Source: a virus. Taken from it: DNA of 64,000 bases. Below are positions 46,259 to 56,072 of this stretch, in pieces; position 1 is the stretch's first letter, and every line of letters starts with the position of its first letter. Position numbers and translations under genes: made by a program. Under the pieces are notes generated by a model. It had not been told where the DNA came from. It was given only the letters and a program-made list of their open reading frames with translations, and did not search any database. The stretch lies in the IMG/VR virus record IMGVR_UViG_3300047090_000102, positions 1 to 64,000 of that record, one strand, 5' to 3'.

Positions 46259-46953
46259 TTTCCAACGTGGACCATGATGCCCAACTTCTCGGCGCGCTTC
46301 GTTCTGATCCGTCCCGCCGTCAGCGTGTTACTCCGCAGGTAGCTCGTCAGATCGTTCGCCTCAAGCACGAAGTCTGTCACCAGCGCTTTCTCGCGCCGAC
46401 GCTCCTCATAGATCGCGTTGTTGTACGTATCGAGAACTCTCTGCTCAATCGACGCGCTCCGTACGCTCAACGCTGTCCAGTAGGCATTCAGCAAGCTTCC
46501 AAGTTCGTTCTGTGATGGAATGCGCATCATTGGCGGATGAGTGCACTCGTAGTCACCATTCTCTGGGTACGGCCCAAGTTTCGGCGTTCCATCCGGCATC
46601 AGGTTCTGCGGCGAGAACCAGTGGTGCTTTGGGTAGAACGCAGGCGACTTCCACACCTGGAGCAACCAACCATCGCAATGCGGAAACTTCAGGCGCTGTA
46701 CCAGTTGGCCGTAGTCGTCGCGCAGCGGCCGCGCATTCGGATTCATCACTCCACCACGCTCGGCCAGAGTCAGGTTATCGTCCCAAACTTTTCCGCCGGC
46801 AATCATCCAGACAACGGACTTCGCCCAGACAAGTCGCCAGCGCGGTTCGTTGTACGGGTTGTATCCGCCGACCTGCGCGAGAAACCGGTTGAGATGCTTC
46901 GGCGTTGGATCCGGCCGCTTGATGTCCCGCCGATCAAACCTGGGCTTTATCAT
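46255..46953 (-). CDS. hypothetical protein
   Basis: ORF 46255..47085 trimmed to ATG 46953 (MIKPRFDRRD...). The longer N-terminus is S/R-rich. Confidence 0.55.
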   Translation of the reverse strand: MIKPRFDRRDIKRPDPTPKHLNRFLAQVGGYNPYNEPRWRLVWAKSVVWMIAGGKVWDDNLTLAERGGVMNPNARPLRDDYGQLVQRLKFPHCDGWLLQVWKSPAFYPKHHWFSPQNLMPDGTPKLGPYPENGDYECTHPPMMRIPSQNELGSLLNAYWTALSVRSASIEQRVLDTYNNAIYEERRREKALVTDFVLEANDLTSYLRSNTLTAGRIRTKRAEKLGIMVHVGN

Positions 46954-47416
46954 CTTCCTTCTCCGGCGGCCCGCCAACGATGAAACTGATTTCCTGCTCA
47001 TGGATCTGAAATAGCAGGTGCTCACCGATCTTGACTTTCTCGGAAACGTACTTCGAGAAATGCACGAAGTTGCCAGGGTAGACATTCAGTGGGATGTACT
47101 TCCCGCCTTCGAGATGTCCATCGCCAACCGCGACGACAATCCCGACACACTGATCCTCTTTTGCGTTATCCGGCAGGTGGATCACGCCTTGGCGATCATC
47201 AGGTGGCAAAGGCAGAATCAGAACCTTAGCTCCGAGCGGACGCCCTTGAATGGCGCGGAGGATCGATACGACCTCCATAGCCTGTGGATGCCTCAGAACC
47301 TGCGCGCGCTGAATTGCAGGGATACTCCGGTCGGTGAGATCGGCCTCGGTGAGTTGACGTACAGGTGTAAGTGGACTTCTCTTTCTTACTGCAAGTGCTG
47401 TCGATGTTTTTGCCAT
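46934..47416 (-). CDS. GroES/Cpn10-like co-chaperonin with ~70-aa N-terminal extension
   Basis: RPLGAKVLILPLPPDDRQGVIHLPDNAKEDQCVGIVVAVGDGHLEGGKYIPLNVYPGNFVHFSKY..EKVKIGEHLLFQIHEQEISFIV aligns by eye along the whole GroES sequence. ATG 47416 has GGAG upstream. Confidence 0.7.
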   Translation of the reverse strand: MAKTSTALAVRKRSPLTPVRQLTEADLTDRSIPAIQRAQVLRHPQAMEVVSILRAIQGRPLGAKVLILPLPPDDRQGVIHLPDNAKEDQCVGIVVAVGDGHLEGGKYIPLNVYPGNFVHFSKYVSEKVKIGEHLLFQIHEQEISFIVGGPPEKEDDKAQV

Positions 47417-47433
47417 GCTTCTTTGCTCCAATT

Positions 47434-47465
47434 GAAAACGGGCGCGACAAATACTGACCGCGCCC
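47434..47465 (-). terminator. rho-independent terminator after the capsid gene
   Basis: GGGCGCG, a 12-nt loop, then CGCGCCC followed by GUUUUC. It lies 24 nt after the capsid stop. Confidence 0.65.
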
Positions 47466-47488
47466 TTTTAAAGTTAAATAACTACAGG

Positions 47489-48760
47489 CTAGTTGCCGCT
47501 TGGAACTTTTGCACTTGAGATGGTTGATACTGCTTTTGGATTGTCCAGATAAAACTGAACAGCATCAACCAGATAGCTCTTCTCAATAGTCTTCGGGTTC
47601 CCAGTATTGGTATCGTATGCCTGGAAGACGGTCTGTCCACCGCGGTTCTTGAACCAGAAAGGCGGGTTGCCCCACTTCACTTTGCCCCAGGACTTGACGT
47701 TGATCAGGTCCCAGCGTGTCTGGTCGGCGTGAACGTTGGTGAGAACTTCGCGTCCGTCGATGGTGAACTTTCCGGCGAAGAGACCGTCAAAGTCCTTGGC
47801 TTTGCCACCTTCAAGCGGCAGGAACTGGAGTTGGAATCCCAACTCTTCGTATGCCTGACGTTGTGATGGGTTGGTGTGCCACAACTGGTCTTTGAGTCCT
47901 TCGGGGCCCAAGGCGATTTCCACCTGGGTCTGAGAAAGACGGAAGAGAGGCAGTGTGACCTGGGCGTTTGCGGCGTTCACTCCGTTGGCTACCACATAGG
48001 ACTGCGTACGCGGGATACCCATAAGGGTTCCTGCCTGCGAGGTCGAGTGGAAGACTGGAATGCCGTTGATGAACGGATCCTGGCCGGTTGCTACACCGTC
48101 TACCACGATTACGTCTGTGGCGATGGTGCCGGCTGGGACGATGTCAACCTGGATGGTCTGCGTTGCGCCGAGTGCATTGAACAGAGAGTTGATCGTGGCC
48201 GATCCGCGAGCGATGGTCTGCGCCGCGTTCATCACGGTTACTTTCTGTCCAATATGCAGCAGGCGTCCACCGAATGGGGTAGACGACAGAATGATCGGGT
48301 TGGCACCGCCACCGGCGTACGTGGCGTCAACCGTACCGATTACTCCGAAGCCGGCCGTCTGCAGGAAGATGTCACGCATACGCTGAATGTAGATCGCAGC
48401 GTCGGCGATGGTCTTCGATACCGGGTTGAGGGTTGCAACGTCGTTCGGTTCTCCGACAAGGTCGGCCAAACGGGTGTACTGGATAGGAACGGCATAGGCC
48501 AGAGGGGTCAGAGTGAACTGGTCCCACTGTGAACTGCCGCCATCAGGAAGCGAGCTTCCATCCAGGCCGATCTTTGCTACCGTGCCGGTGAGTGCGAACT
48601 GGATCCGCACGCGGTACGATTTGGTCGAAACACGATTGGACCGACCATTGTCCTTGATACGAGCATCGAGTGCGTTTGTCTTTTCCACGAGCAACGGGAT
48701 AATGTCATTGACATCTTCCAGTTGCAGTGGCGCCGAGGATGCTCCAGTAAGTGTAGGCAT
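47489..48760 (-). CDS. major capsid protein (candidate)
   Basis: 423 aa. AGGAA upstream of the ATG. Lies between a scaffold-like gene and a strong terminator, the T7 gene-10-like context. Confidence 0.65.
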   Translation of the reverse strand: MPTLTGASSAPLQLEDVNDIIPLLVEKTNALDARIKDNGRSNRVSTKSYRVRIQFALTGTVAKIGLDGSSLPDGGSSQWDQFTLTPLAYAVPIQYTRLADLVGEPNDVATLNPVSKTIADAAIYIQRMRDIFLQTAGFGVIGTVDATYAGGGANPIILSSTPFGGRLLHIGQKVTVMNAAQTIARGSATINSLFNALGATQTIQVDIVPAGTIATDVIVVDGVATGQDPFINGIPVFHSTSQAGTLMGIPRTQSYVVANGVNAANAQVTLPLFRLSQTQVEIALGPEGLKDQLWHTNPSQRQAYEELGFQLQFLPLEGGKAKDFDGLFAGKFTIDGREVLTNVHADQTRWDLINVKSWGKVKWGNPPFWFKNRGGQTVFQAYDTNTGNPKTIEKSYLVDAVQFYLDNPKAVSTISSAKVPSGN

Positions 48761-48813
48761 GAGATTGTTCCTTACGCGGAGTATGCCGCGCTCATTCGTT
48801 TACAACCGATCCG

Positions 48814-50406
48814 TTAACTTGCGCGTGTGCCTTTTTGGGCTTGCTTGAGCTTCGCGAACCGCTCAATGACCTTTTGCATTTCACCCTGCCCCGGTTTGTA
48901 TCCAATTTCTGCTGCTATCTCGTTTTCTGCTTGTGTGTACAACTGCTCTGCGGTTTGCTGCGGTACTGCGGTAGAGGCTGGTCCAGCAGTGCTACGTGGC
49001 TCTGTGGCCCGGGTGGTGGCTTCCTGGGCGCGTACCCTGGCCGTTTTGTCGGCGGCCTGTGCAATGAATCCCTTGGAGGCTTCGGCAAGTACTCTCTTGA
49101 CGACCGGACCAGCTACACCCTGAACCTGTCCAACAACCAATTGCTTGATGCGCTTCTGGGTATCGGCGGAAGGTGGCAGTGCATAAAGCTCGGCAAGTCG
49201 TGACTGAAAGAATCGGTTGCTCTCCAGACTCTCAGCGATGGCTTTTCCAATCTTGTCTTGGGCGGCCTCCGCTAGAAACGTGGAGAGGTTAGCTTTTGCG
49301 AGTACCGGGGAAACGAGGGCATCGATCGATGTGTCGATGTCTGTTTCGACGGCGGCATCAAAGTGCTGACGTGCTTGCGTTTGCCTCTGACTGTCTTCGC
49401 GGACAATTTCTTGCTCACGAGCAGCTAGTTTAGCTTCACGCTGTTTGATGTGCTCGGGGACTTCATCATCATTGACTGACGGGCTGGCGGCTCCCGCAAT
49501 ACGCGCCTTGACAACTTTGATTGCATCCATGAGCTCGAGATCGTTACGCGCCTGTGCTCCGGTGAGCATGGCGTCGATTTGGCTGTCACGCACCCTCTGG
49601 AGAATGATTCCAAAGGACGGAACCATTTCGTAAACTGGCTGGCCGTTGTGCATGGCTGGCCTGTTGTTGGCATCCAGTTTGGGAATTTTGTTGCCCTGTT
49701 CGTCGACGTAAGTGGCCTGCTGTGCCCAGAAATTCAGCACATCGTTGACGCCTTCGGGAGTAGTCGCGGCCAGAAACCGGCGGTCAACTTCTACCCAGGT
49801 CGAGGCATTCTGTACCGCTGACTTGGCTCCTTCGATACCATCGGCACCGAATAATTCTTCATACGGTGCTGCCTTTTCTGCCAGGCGGGCGTTCCGGAAG
49901 AGAGCGCCTTTCAGTTCGGGATCGGCCTTGACCAGAGCGTCCAGTGCGGGATTGGCCTTCAGTTTCTCATTCAACTCCTGCGCGGTCAGTCCGCCTTGCA
50001 GATCAAGTCCTTCTGGGGCCTTCGTGAGATCCTCTTCCGCCGGCGCTGCTTCAGCCTCTGGCGGTTTGACATCCTCGTCGCCTGCTGGCGCTACGTCTTC
50101 AGGACGTTGGCCCTCGGGAGCGGCTTCAACGGCTGGCGGCTCGGTCGCTGGTGCGGCTGTTTCTTTCGCGCGCTCTTCCCGCTTCCACTTGCCGTACGCT
50201 TCTACGTAAGCAGGGGTATCGCCTGCAAAGTCCGCGATATTAGGCGCAACGCTCTGTGCTGGGGCCGCAGGCGTAGAGACCGGCGCTGCCGTAGATGCTG
50301 GCGTAGGAGTGGCAGGTGCTGCCGGGGTTGACGTGCTTACTGGTGCTGCTGGCGGCAGGGCCGCTGCGGAGGTTGCTACTGCTGCTGGGGTCGCGTCTGT
50401 ACTCAT
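48814..50406 (-). CDS. scaffolding protein (candidate)
   Basis: A/P/T-rich N-terminus and an acidic, helical remainder. Positioned between the portal-like and capsid genes. Confidence 0.5.
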   Translation of the reverse strand: MSTDATPAAVATSAAALPPAAPVSTSTPAAPATPTPASTAAPVSTPAAPAQSVAPNIADFAGDTPAYVEAYGKWKREERAKETAAPATEPPAVEAAPEGQRPEDVAPAGDEDVKPPEAEAAPAEEDLTKAPEGLDLQGGLTAQELNEKLKANPALDALVKADPELKGALFRNARLAEKAAPYEELFGADGIEGAKSAVQNASTWVEVDRRFLAATTPEGVNDVLNFWAQQATYVDEQGNKIPKLDANNRPAMHNGQPVYEMVPSFGIILQRVRDSQIDAMLTGAQARNDLELMDAIKVVKARIAGAASPSVNDDEVPEHIKQREAKLAAREQEIVREDSQRQTQARQHFDAAVETDIDTSIDALVSPVLAKANLSTFLAEAAQDKIGKAIAESLESNRFFQSRLAELYALPPSADTQKRIKQLVVGQVQGVAGPVVKRVLAEASKGFIAQAADKTARVRAQEATTRATEPRSTAGPASTAVPQQTAEQLYTQAENEIAAEIGYKPGQGEMQKVIERFAKLKQAQKGTRAS

Positions 50407-50420
50407 TTGTCTGCTCCAAT

Positions 50421-50445
50421 AGAAAAGGCCCGCACTTGGCGGACC
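50421..50445 (-). terminator. hairpin plus U-tract (terminator/attenuator) just upstream of the scaffold gene
   Basis: GGUCCGC-CAAGU-GCGGGCC followed by UUUUCU. The scaffold SD follows 6 nt later. Confidence 0.45.
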
Positions 50446-50477
50446 TTGATTTTTTGCTACTTCTGATTTACTTCAAT

Positions 50478-50759
50478 TTACGAGATGATCGGGCACCATC
50501 CGGTCTTGTTTTCGGATGGGATGTCTTCCCGTTTGGCGTACCTGTGCTGATAAGTCTTGATTACAGCCTGAAACCGCTCGCACTTACATCCTGGGGCGGT
50601 ACAACCAAGAAGCGCCTCGCCTTCGTGTTTGTGACGTGAAGCGTAGTGGCCGCATCCGCGCTCGCTACAGCATTCATTCTCAGGAACGGTCTGCGGGCAC
50701 CATCCTTCTTGCTTTGTATGCGGGCCGACCGACCATGTGCAGTTGCAGAGCTCAGCCAC
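50478..50759 (-). CDS. Cys-rich hypothetical protein
   Basis: ORF track. 13 Cys in 93 aa. Confidence 0.5.
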   Translation of the reverse strand: MAELCNCTWSVGPHTKQEGWCPQTVPENECCSERGCGHYASRHKHEGEALLGCTAPGCKCERFQAVIKTYQHRYAKREDIPSENKTGWCPIIS

Positions 50760-51228
50760 GCGATAGTCCTTTCAGGATTTCTGCGTTTTCTTGGCGAATC
50801 TGATCCCAGTGTGTCCGTAGTTTTTTCATGCCTGTTTCAAGCAATGCGACATCCTGGTACATGGTCATACGCGACTTCGCTCCGCAGACGCGACAGTCAT
50901 TCAAGCCTTTCATAATTCCGTCGCCGAACTCAACGACCTTTCCGCGATTACAGAGCGCGCAACGATAAACCGTGCCGTGCACTTTCTGCATGTCGGTAGA
51001 CAGGAAATCATAGCCTTGGCACTCATGCCAAACGCCAGCGCGCTCAACTTCCACCAACCACTGCCCCATATAGTTGGATCGTGGTGTCTCTTTTAGCCCA
51101 TCGAGATAGTCCACTGGGAGGTATGGATTGTCTAACGTGGACTTCGCCGGCACCAATCCCATGAGCGGTTTCACGGCCAGGGCAATGATCGTACCGAAAA
51201 ACCATTTGAATAGTTCGCGTCGTTTCAT
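50752..51228 (-). CDS. protein with Tat/signal-anchor-like N-terminus and a zinc ribbon
   Basis: MKRRELFKWFFGTIIALAVKPLMG..., then CALCNRG...CRVCG. Confidence 0.55.
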   Translation of the reverse strand: MKRRELFKWFFGTIIALAVKPLMGLVPAKSTLDNPYLPVDYLDGLKETPRSNYMGQWLVEVERAGVWHECQGYDFLSTDMQKVHGTVYRCALCNRGKVVEFGDGIMKGLNDCRVCGAKSRMTMYQDVALLETGMKKLRTHWDQIRQENAEILKGLSRG

Positions 51229-51232
51229 GCGG

Positions 51233-51379
51233 TTATTGTCTCACGTTGATGAGCCGATCCAACTCGCCGACCGTCAATTTCTCCAAATCACTGCCAGCCT
51301 CAAGACTCAGGCCGATCGTCTCAGCCTTTGCCAGCAGGTCGATTACTTCCTCTTCGGAGTATAGGCGCTCGTCACTCAC
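51233..51379 (-). CDS. small acidic protein (48 aa)
   Basis: Below the track cutoff. GTG start overlapping the upstream stop (GTGA). VSDERLYSEEEVIDLLAKAETIGLSLEAGSDLEKLTVGELDRLINVRQ. Confidence 0.35.
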   Translation of the reverse strand: MSDERLYSEEEVIDLLAKAETIGLSLEAGSDLEKLTVGELDRLINVRQ

Positions 51380-52179
51380 TGTACCGTCTTCGATCCTTCC
51401 TCGCTGGCGATCTTGGCCGCAGCCTGGGTTTGGTACTCACGGTACGCGAAGATGGAATCGTCGAGCCTGCCCGCCAGATTGTTGTCCCGTAGCCATTTGT
51501 CTCCGGCAGCAACGTCTGCCTCGAAGTCATCAGGCATCTGCATGATTGCCGCATGATCTTCTGGCTTCAACTCTTTGCGCTCGGCGATCTGCTTCTCAGC
51601 CATGTACGCGGCGATCGCTTTCTCTTTGTAGAACAGTTTGTCCTGCCCGGGTGCCGATGGCATGTGCAACTCTACGCCGCGGTATGCCTTGTCCGGTGGG
51701 AATAGAAGTTTCAGCACCGCGATCTGCGGAGACGGAACATTCTGCGCTGGAATGTCTGTGCGGACTACTGGCGCTGGTTCCTCGATAGCAACGCTCTGCG
51801 GAGGAACGTCCTCGCCTTCGTTCAGATAGAACCCGCCGGGCTTCACCATAAACCCCGTTGACTCGTGTTTCGTCACCAGACCCAAGGCAGGCATCCCCGG
51901 AACAGGTACATGACTCTTCTCCTGGACCGCCGTCTTTGCCTCAAAGGGAGCATGTGCCGGATGGCTTGCGTGTGTGCAATCGTATACCACCTTCATCGCT
52001 CCAGTGACGTTCCCGCGCATCAGTTCGCTCTCCAGTTCCTTCGGGAAGTAGAGTAGCGTCACACGCGGCTCTTCCAGCGGCTCGCCGAAGTCTGCGCCGT
52101 CACGGAAAGAGATGCTCACGGCTTGGTGGACGATGTAGTTCGTGTCTACGAATCGGAGAGGTTTATGCTCTATTTTCAT
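51376..52179 (-). CDS. hypothetical protein
   Basis: ORF 51376..52236 trimmed to ATG 52179 (AAGGAAA upstream). Confidence 0.55.
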   Translation of the reverse strand: MKIEHKPLRFVDTNYIVHQAVSISFRDGADFGEPLEEPRVTLLYFPKELESELMRGNVTGAMKVVYDCTHASHPAHAPFEAKTAVQEKSHVPVPGMPALGLVTKHESTGFMVKPGGFYLNEGEDVPPQSVAIEEPAPVVRTDIPAQNVPSPQIAVLKLLFPPDKAYRGVELHMPSAPGQDKLFYKEKAIAAYMAEKQIAERKELKPEDHAAIMQMPDDFEADVAAGDKWLRDNNLAGRLDDSIFAYREYQTQAAAKIASEEGSKTVQ

Positions 52180-52190
52180 GCGGTTTCCTT

Positions 52191-52640
52191 TTACGCAGCG
52201 ATGAACGCCGCAATCTTCTTTCTGAATGTGGCCCACGTGCGGTCGGCGATTTCTATGATTGGCCAGGGGACGCGCCGTCCAGTACGTACTGCTTCCTCAC
52301 GTTGAAGTTGAAGCATCTTGGCCGCGAAGCCGTCGAGTATTGATCCGAGCTGCACAGGGCCGTAGTCGCGGTCTTGGATGACTGGCAAAGTGGCGGCATA
52401 CCAGCCATTGTCATTGCAGCCAGAGATTGCAAGAGGCTGGGGAAATGCACCGCCGTCCATGAATGTGGAACGACCCCATCCCTCCAGAATCAAACAGCAA
52501 ACTTGAGTAACTTTTGGCAGGCCAGTGACATCGTACCACTGGAAAAGACGTTCGCTGCCACGATTGCAGAACACGCGGATATGTGGATGCTTGTACTTCT
52601 CAAGAAAGTCCTTCACGTCGAACTGGCGGCTCTCGCTCAT
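52191..52640 (-). CDS. hypothetical protein
   Basis: ORF track. Confidence 0.55.
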   Translation of the reverse strand: MSESRQFDVKDFLEKYKHPHIRVFCNRGSERLFQWYDVTGLPKVTQVCCLILEGWGRSTFMDGGAFPQPLAISGCNDNGWYAATLPVIQDRDYGPVQLGSILDGFAAKMLQLQREEAVRTGRRVPWPIIEIADRTWATFRKKIAAFIAA

Positions 52641-52978
52641 TCCTGCGCTCCCTGTGGTAAGCGTGTGCCTTTTGTGGCACCAAAGAGACCGTTCATGAGG
52701 TTAATTACCAAGGCGTCTGGATCAAAGTCAACGATTCTGCCATTGCATGTAGCGCTCTTTATGGCATGGCGTAATACCTGCTTGACCTGCTCGGCAGTAT
52801 CCATATTGAATATTGCGGATGCAAAAGGAGATGTTGGATCGTCTTGAGTTTCCTGGTATAACCAATGATCCTTGGGCAAGGGCATGGACATGGTTGCACC
52901 AAATTCACTGACTGACTCAATCTTGCCTCCAACCGCGTCTGCAATCGTGCTCAAAACTTCCGGAATGTTGCCGCTCAT
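52637..52978 (-). CDS. hypothetical protein
   Basis: Trimmed to ATG 52978, which overlaps the portal stop (ATGA). Confidence 0.5.
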   Translation of the reverse strand: MSGNIPEVLSTIADAVGGKIESVSEFGATMSMPLPKDHWLYQETQDDPTSPFASAIFNMDTAEQVKQVLRHAIKSATCNGRIVDFDPDALVINLMNGLFGATKGTRLPQGAQE

Positions 52979-55389
52979 TGTGCTCCTCCCTGTGGTAACT
53001 GAGGCTGCCCGCCCTGCGGCGGTGGCCCCTGTGCTGCCTGCTTCTTCTGTGCTTCTTCCATTCCCCACTGATAGGCCAAACGGTAGTAGCTTAACAGATT
53101 TTGCCACCCATTTGGATTTTCCTGTTCCTTTTCCCAATACTTTTGCGCCCAGCGCTTTACTGTCTTTACCGTTACATCGAGCTCGTCCAACTCCCGATTC
53201 GGCATGACGCTCGGCATCATGATCTGCTTGGCCATCGGCGGCTGTCCTGGCTGCCCTCCTGGTATCGGTACAGTCGTCCGAATCGGCTTGCCCTGCATCA
53301 ACTTGTCGATCTGCTGTAGAACCTTGTTCCGCATATCGCGGCCCGGTACGATCATGCCCGGTGTCGCGGTCCAGGTAGCAATCTCCTCCTGGTTCTCGGG
53401 CTCGTCCATGATCGCGTTGATGTACGGGTTCTTTCCGCTTTCGTTCGCCATGATCAGCTTTTCCCAGAATGCCTTGATCTCGGCATAGGTCATTGGGAAG
53501 CCCTGGTCGGTCTCCGGGTAGGCGTGGACGTTGCCTTTCATCTCGTCCAGTCGAACGTAGTTGTTGCGATACTGCTTGCTTTCGTCTGTTACGACCGATA
53601 TCCAGTCGTCAGTCATGTTCCGCGCCGCGCATTTCACTGAGAGTTCCGCGGCGTCCGCATTCTCCTGGCGAATGTTGTCCCAGAACAGCCCCAGTTTGCC
53701 CATGGCGGTGGTTAACTGCTGCTCCTGCCCGCCTTTGGTCTGGATATTGGGGTCCCCGGAGCCACCATAAATCTGCGGCGGTGTGCCGACCAGCATCTGT
53801 GCGGTAAATACCAGTTTCTCCTGATAGGTGTACATCGCGGAGTCGATCTCAGCCTTGATCTGGACGATTGCGTCCTCAAGCTTATTGCCCTGCGCGGACG
53901 CTACCTGCTTCATCTTCAGCCCAGTTAACCGGCCGGGCACGAATGGCGTACCGTCCAAACTCTCCCCGTCGATCAAATTCGAGTTGTAGAGCACCATCCC
54001 GCAGGCGATACGGTCCATGTACTCGTGTACGATATTGGCAACGTCGTTGATACGGTCCTGGACCGGGATCGCTGCATCGCCAACCGCCGGCGGGAACAGG
54101 CCAAAGATTTCCTCAACAGTGCCGGCCCAAGTCCATTCCTCGGTAAGCTTTGCCGATGTAGCACTCAGGAACAGGTCTCCGACATTGATCAGCAGAAGGC
54201 CTTTGGGGAACAGCCGACGCAGTTTTTTAGCCGTAGCCTGATCATCGATCTTGTTGAGCGCGAACGGCTGTATCCAGGTTCTGGAGAGGGTCGGCTGCAT
54301 GTCCTGAATGAAGTTCGAACGCGAGCCGGACTCGGAGTACACATACTGGCGCATCTGCCTCTCCATCTGGTTATCGGCATTGATTGGCCCGAGGGAGGTA
54401 GCCAGTTCTTTCCACTTGCCCGGAAACATCTCGCGTAGTGCTGCCAGGTCTACTTCTTCTTCGACGCTGAGAATCGGTGTCTCGCTAAGGGTCTTTGCCC
54501 ACGGCGCCGCGTCCACCATCAAAGCTGAGTACAGGGTATGAGCGACCATCCCGTTTGGAACGTCTTCGCTTCCTTCAACTGATGGCAATTCCGCTTCCTC
54601 TGCCGGGTAGAAGTCGTTTCCTCCCATCTGCGTACCGCAATTGGGGCAGCGCATTCCAGCCTGGTCAACCTTCTTACCATCGATCGGCACCAGCGAAGCG
54701 CATCCTGGACAGATAAACCGGTCAGGGAAGATGATCTGAGTCTTGAGTTTGATTACCGGCTCTTTGTGCGTCCCGGCGCGATCGGCGTCGACCACGTACC
54801 TGACATGGCGGAAGTAGGACCCGGCCATCCACAGAAAGAGCAGGCCTTGTTTGTGAAGGCTCTTGATCTTGTTTTGCCGTTGGATGATCTCCTGAATCCG
54901 GCTGGAGGCCTTGGCGGTCGCTATGTCCTCTTCTTCCTCGGCGTTCTCCGGCAGGAACTGGGTCTTCGGCAGTTGCGTTGACAGGGCGGAGACGAACGCG
55001 AAGCCGAACATCTGGTAGAAGTTGGTCGCAAACTGGTAGAGGTCGAGGTCTTCATTCTCCGCGCCTGCTTGCTGGCTGAACATCGCGTCCAGGGCATCGA
55101 ACCATTGGAAGCTTTCTGGGTCGAAGCTGATGAAGTGATTGCCCTTGAAGAACTCATACGCTTTCAGGATGCGGCGAAGGATCATGCGGCGGCGCAGGAA
55201 CCATGACTGCTTATACTGACGGACAACACTAATCAACTGCTGTTGGTCGGCTTCAGTCAACTGATCGGGCGCTCCGCCGGCCGCAGGAGTCTTGAGTGGG
55301 TCGTCTTTGGTGACTTCCTCACCGTGTTGACGAGGCTCCGGCTTCCCTGCTGACATGTCGATGTTCAGGGCGTTATTGATTGCTGCCAT
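52975..55389 (-). CDS. portal protein (candidate) with an inserted zinc ribbon
   Basis: 804 aa, upstream of the scaffold and capsid genes. N-terminal KQSWFLRRRMILRRILKAYEFFKGNHF is portal-like. CPGC...CPNCG insertion. Confidence 0.55.
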   Translation of the reverse strand: MAAINNALNIDMSAGKPEPRQHGEEVTKDDPLKTPAAGGAPDQLTEADQQQLISVVRQYKQSWFLRRRMILRRILKAYEFFKGNHFISFDPESFQWFDALDAMFSQQAGAENEDLDLYQFATNFYQMFGFAFVSALSTQLPKTQFLPENAEEEEDIATAKASSRIQEIIQRQNKIKSLHKQGLLFLWMAGSYFRHVRYVVDADRAGTHKEPVIKLKTQIIFPDRFICPGCASLVPIDGKKVDQAGMRCPNCGTQMGGNDFYPAEEAELPSVEGSEDVPNGMVAHTLYSALMVDAAPWAKTLSETPILSVEEEVDLAALREMFPGKWKELATSLGPINADNQMERQMRQYVYSESGSRSNFIQDMQPTLSRTWIQPFALNKIDDQATAKKLRRLFPKGLLLINVGDLFLSATSAKLTEEWTWAGTVEEIFGLFPPAVGDAAIPVQDRINDVANIVHEYMDRIACGMVLYNSNLIDGESLDGTPFVPGRLTGLKMKQVASAQGNKLEDAIVQIKAEIDSAMYTYQEKLVFTAQMLVGTPPQIYGGSGDPNIQTKGGQEQQLTTAMGKLGLFWDNIRQENADAAELSVKCAARNMTDDWISVVTDESKQYRNNYVRLDEMKGNVHAYPETDQGFPMTYAEIKAFWEKLIMANESGKNPYINAIMDEPENQEEIATWTATPGMIVPGRDMRNKVLQQIDKLMQGKPIRTTVPIPGGQPGQPPMAKQIMMPSVMPNRELDELDVTVKTVKRWAQKYWEKEQENPNGWQNLLSYYRLAYQWGMEEAQKKQAAQGPPPQGGQPQLPQGGAQ

Positions 55390-55398
55390 TTCTCTTAA

Positions 55399-55659
55399 CT
55401 ATGATTCCTTGTTCGGTTCTTTGGTGCCGTTTGGCGGTTGCAGAGTTTGCGGTAATTGTGGAAGTTGGCCTAACTGCCCAACAGCTTTACCGGCGCTATA
55501 GCCGAGGATTCCAGAGAGCACTTGAGATGCTAGATTCTGCCCCCAATCTCGTGCTGCATCGTCTCCGTTGTGGATTAGATGAATGTCCACACACACTAAG
55601 AACACGAAGATTAGCATCAGAGATATTTTGTCCCAGTGTGCTTCCCAGAAATCTTTCAT
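55399..55659 (-). CDS. small membrane protein
   Basis: Hydrophobic helix ISLMLIFVFLVCVDIHLI. Confidence 0.5.
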   Translation of the reverse strand: MKDFWEAHWDKISLMLIFVFLVCVDIHLIHNGDDAARDWGQNLASQVLSGILGYSAGKAVGQLGQLPQLPQTLQPPNGTKEPNKES

Positions 55660-55665
55660 TGGCTT

Positions 55666-55875
55666 TTAGGCGCGTCGGCCTTTACTTTTGTCGACGCTCG
55701 AATGGAAGAAGCCGCCCATGCTGCCGGAGGTCATCTTGTCGTACTGCTCCTGGGTCATCGGGTAGATCCAGGTATCGCCACTCTTACGGAATTTCAAGTA
55801 AACCTCTTGGTTCTGCTCATCGAATCCGTAATGAGAGAAGGCCTTCGAATCTGTCTCTTGCATCTGTGGTGTCAT
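55666..55875 (-). CDS. KTSC-domain-like small protein
   Basis: YGFDEQNQEVYLKFRKSGDTWIYPMTQEQYDKMTSGSMGGFF fits the KTSC pattern. Confidence 0.5.
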   Translation of the reverse strand: MTPQMQETDSKAFSHYGFDEQNQEVYLKFRKSGDTWIYPMTQEQYDKMTSGSMGGFFHSSVDKSKGRRA

Positions 55876-56060
55876 GCTGGATCGTCGTTATTAAAGGTTG
55901 CAGGTTTGAAGTTGTGATCCATGCTGACATCTCCGCGAGCTGCTTCAGGTGTATGGGCACTCTTGGGTTCTCCACACATGATCAGGCCATCCACGTGAGC
56001 ACATGCGACATTCTCCGGCGTGCAAACACTCTTGCCATTCTTATCTTGAACAAACAACAT
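55872..56060 (-). CDS. hypothetical small protein
   Basis: ATG with GGAG upstream. Confidence 0.45.
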   Translation of the reverse strand: MLFVQDKNGKSVCTPENVACAHVDGLIMCGEPKSAHTPEAARGDVSMDHNFKPATFNNDDPA

Positions 56061-56072
56061 TCGCGTCTCCTC

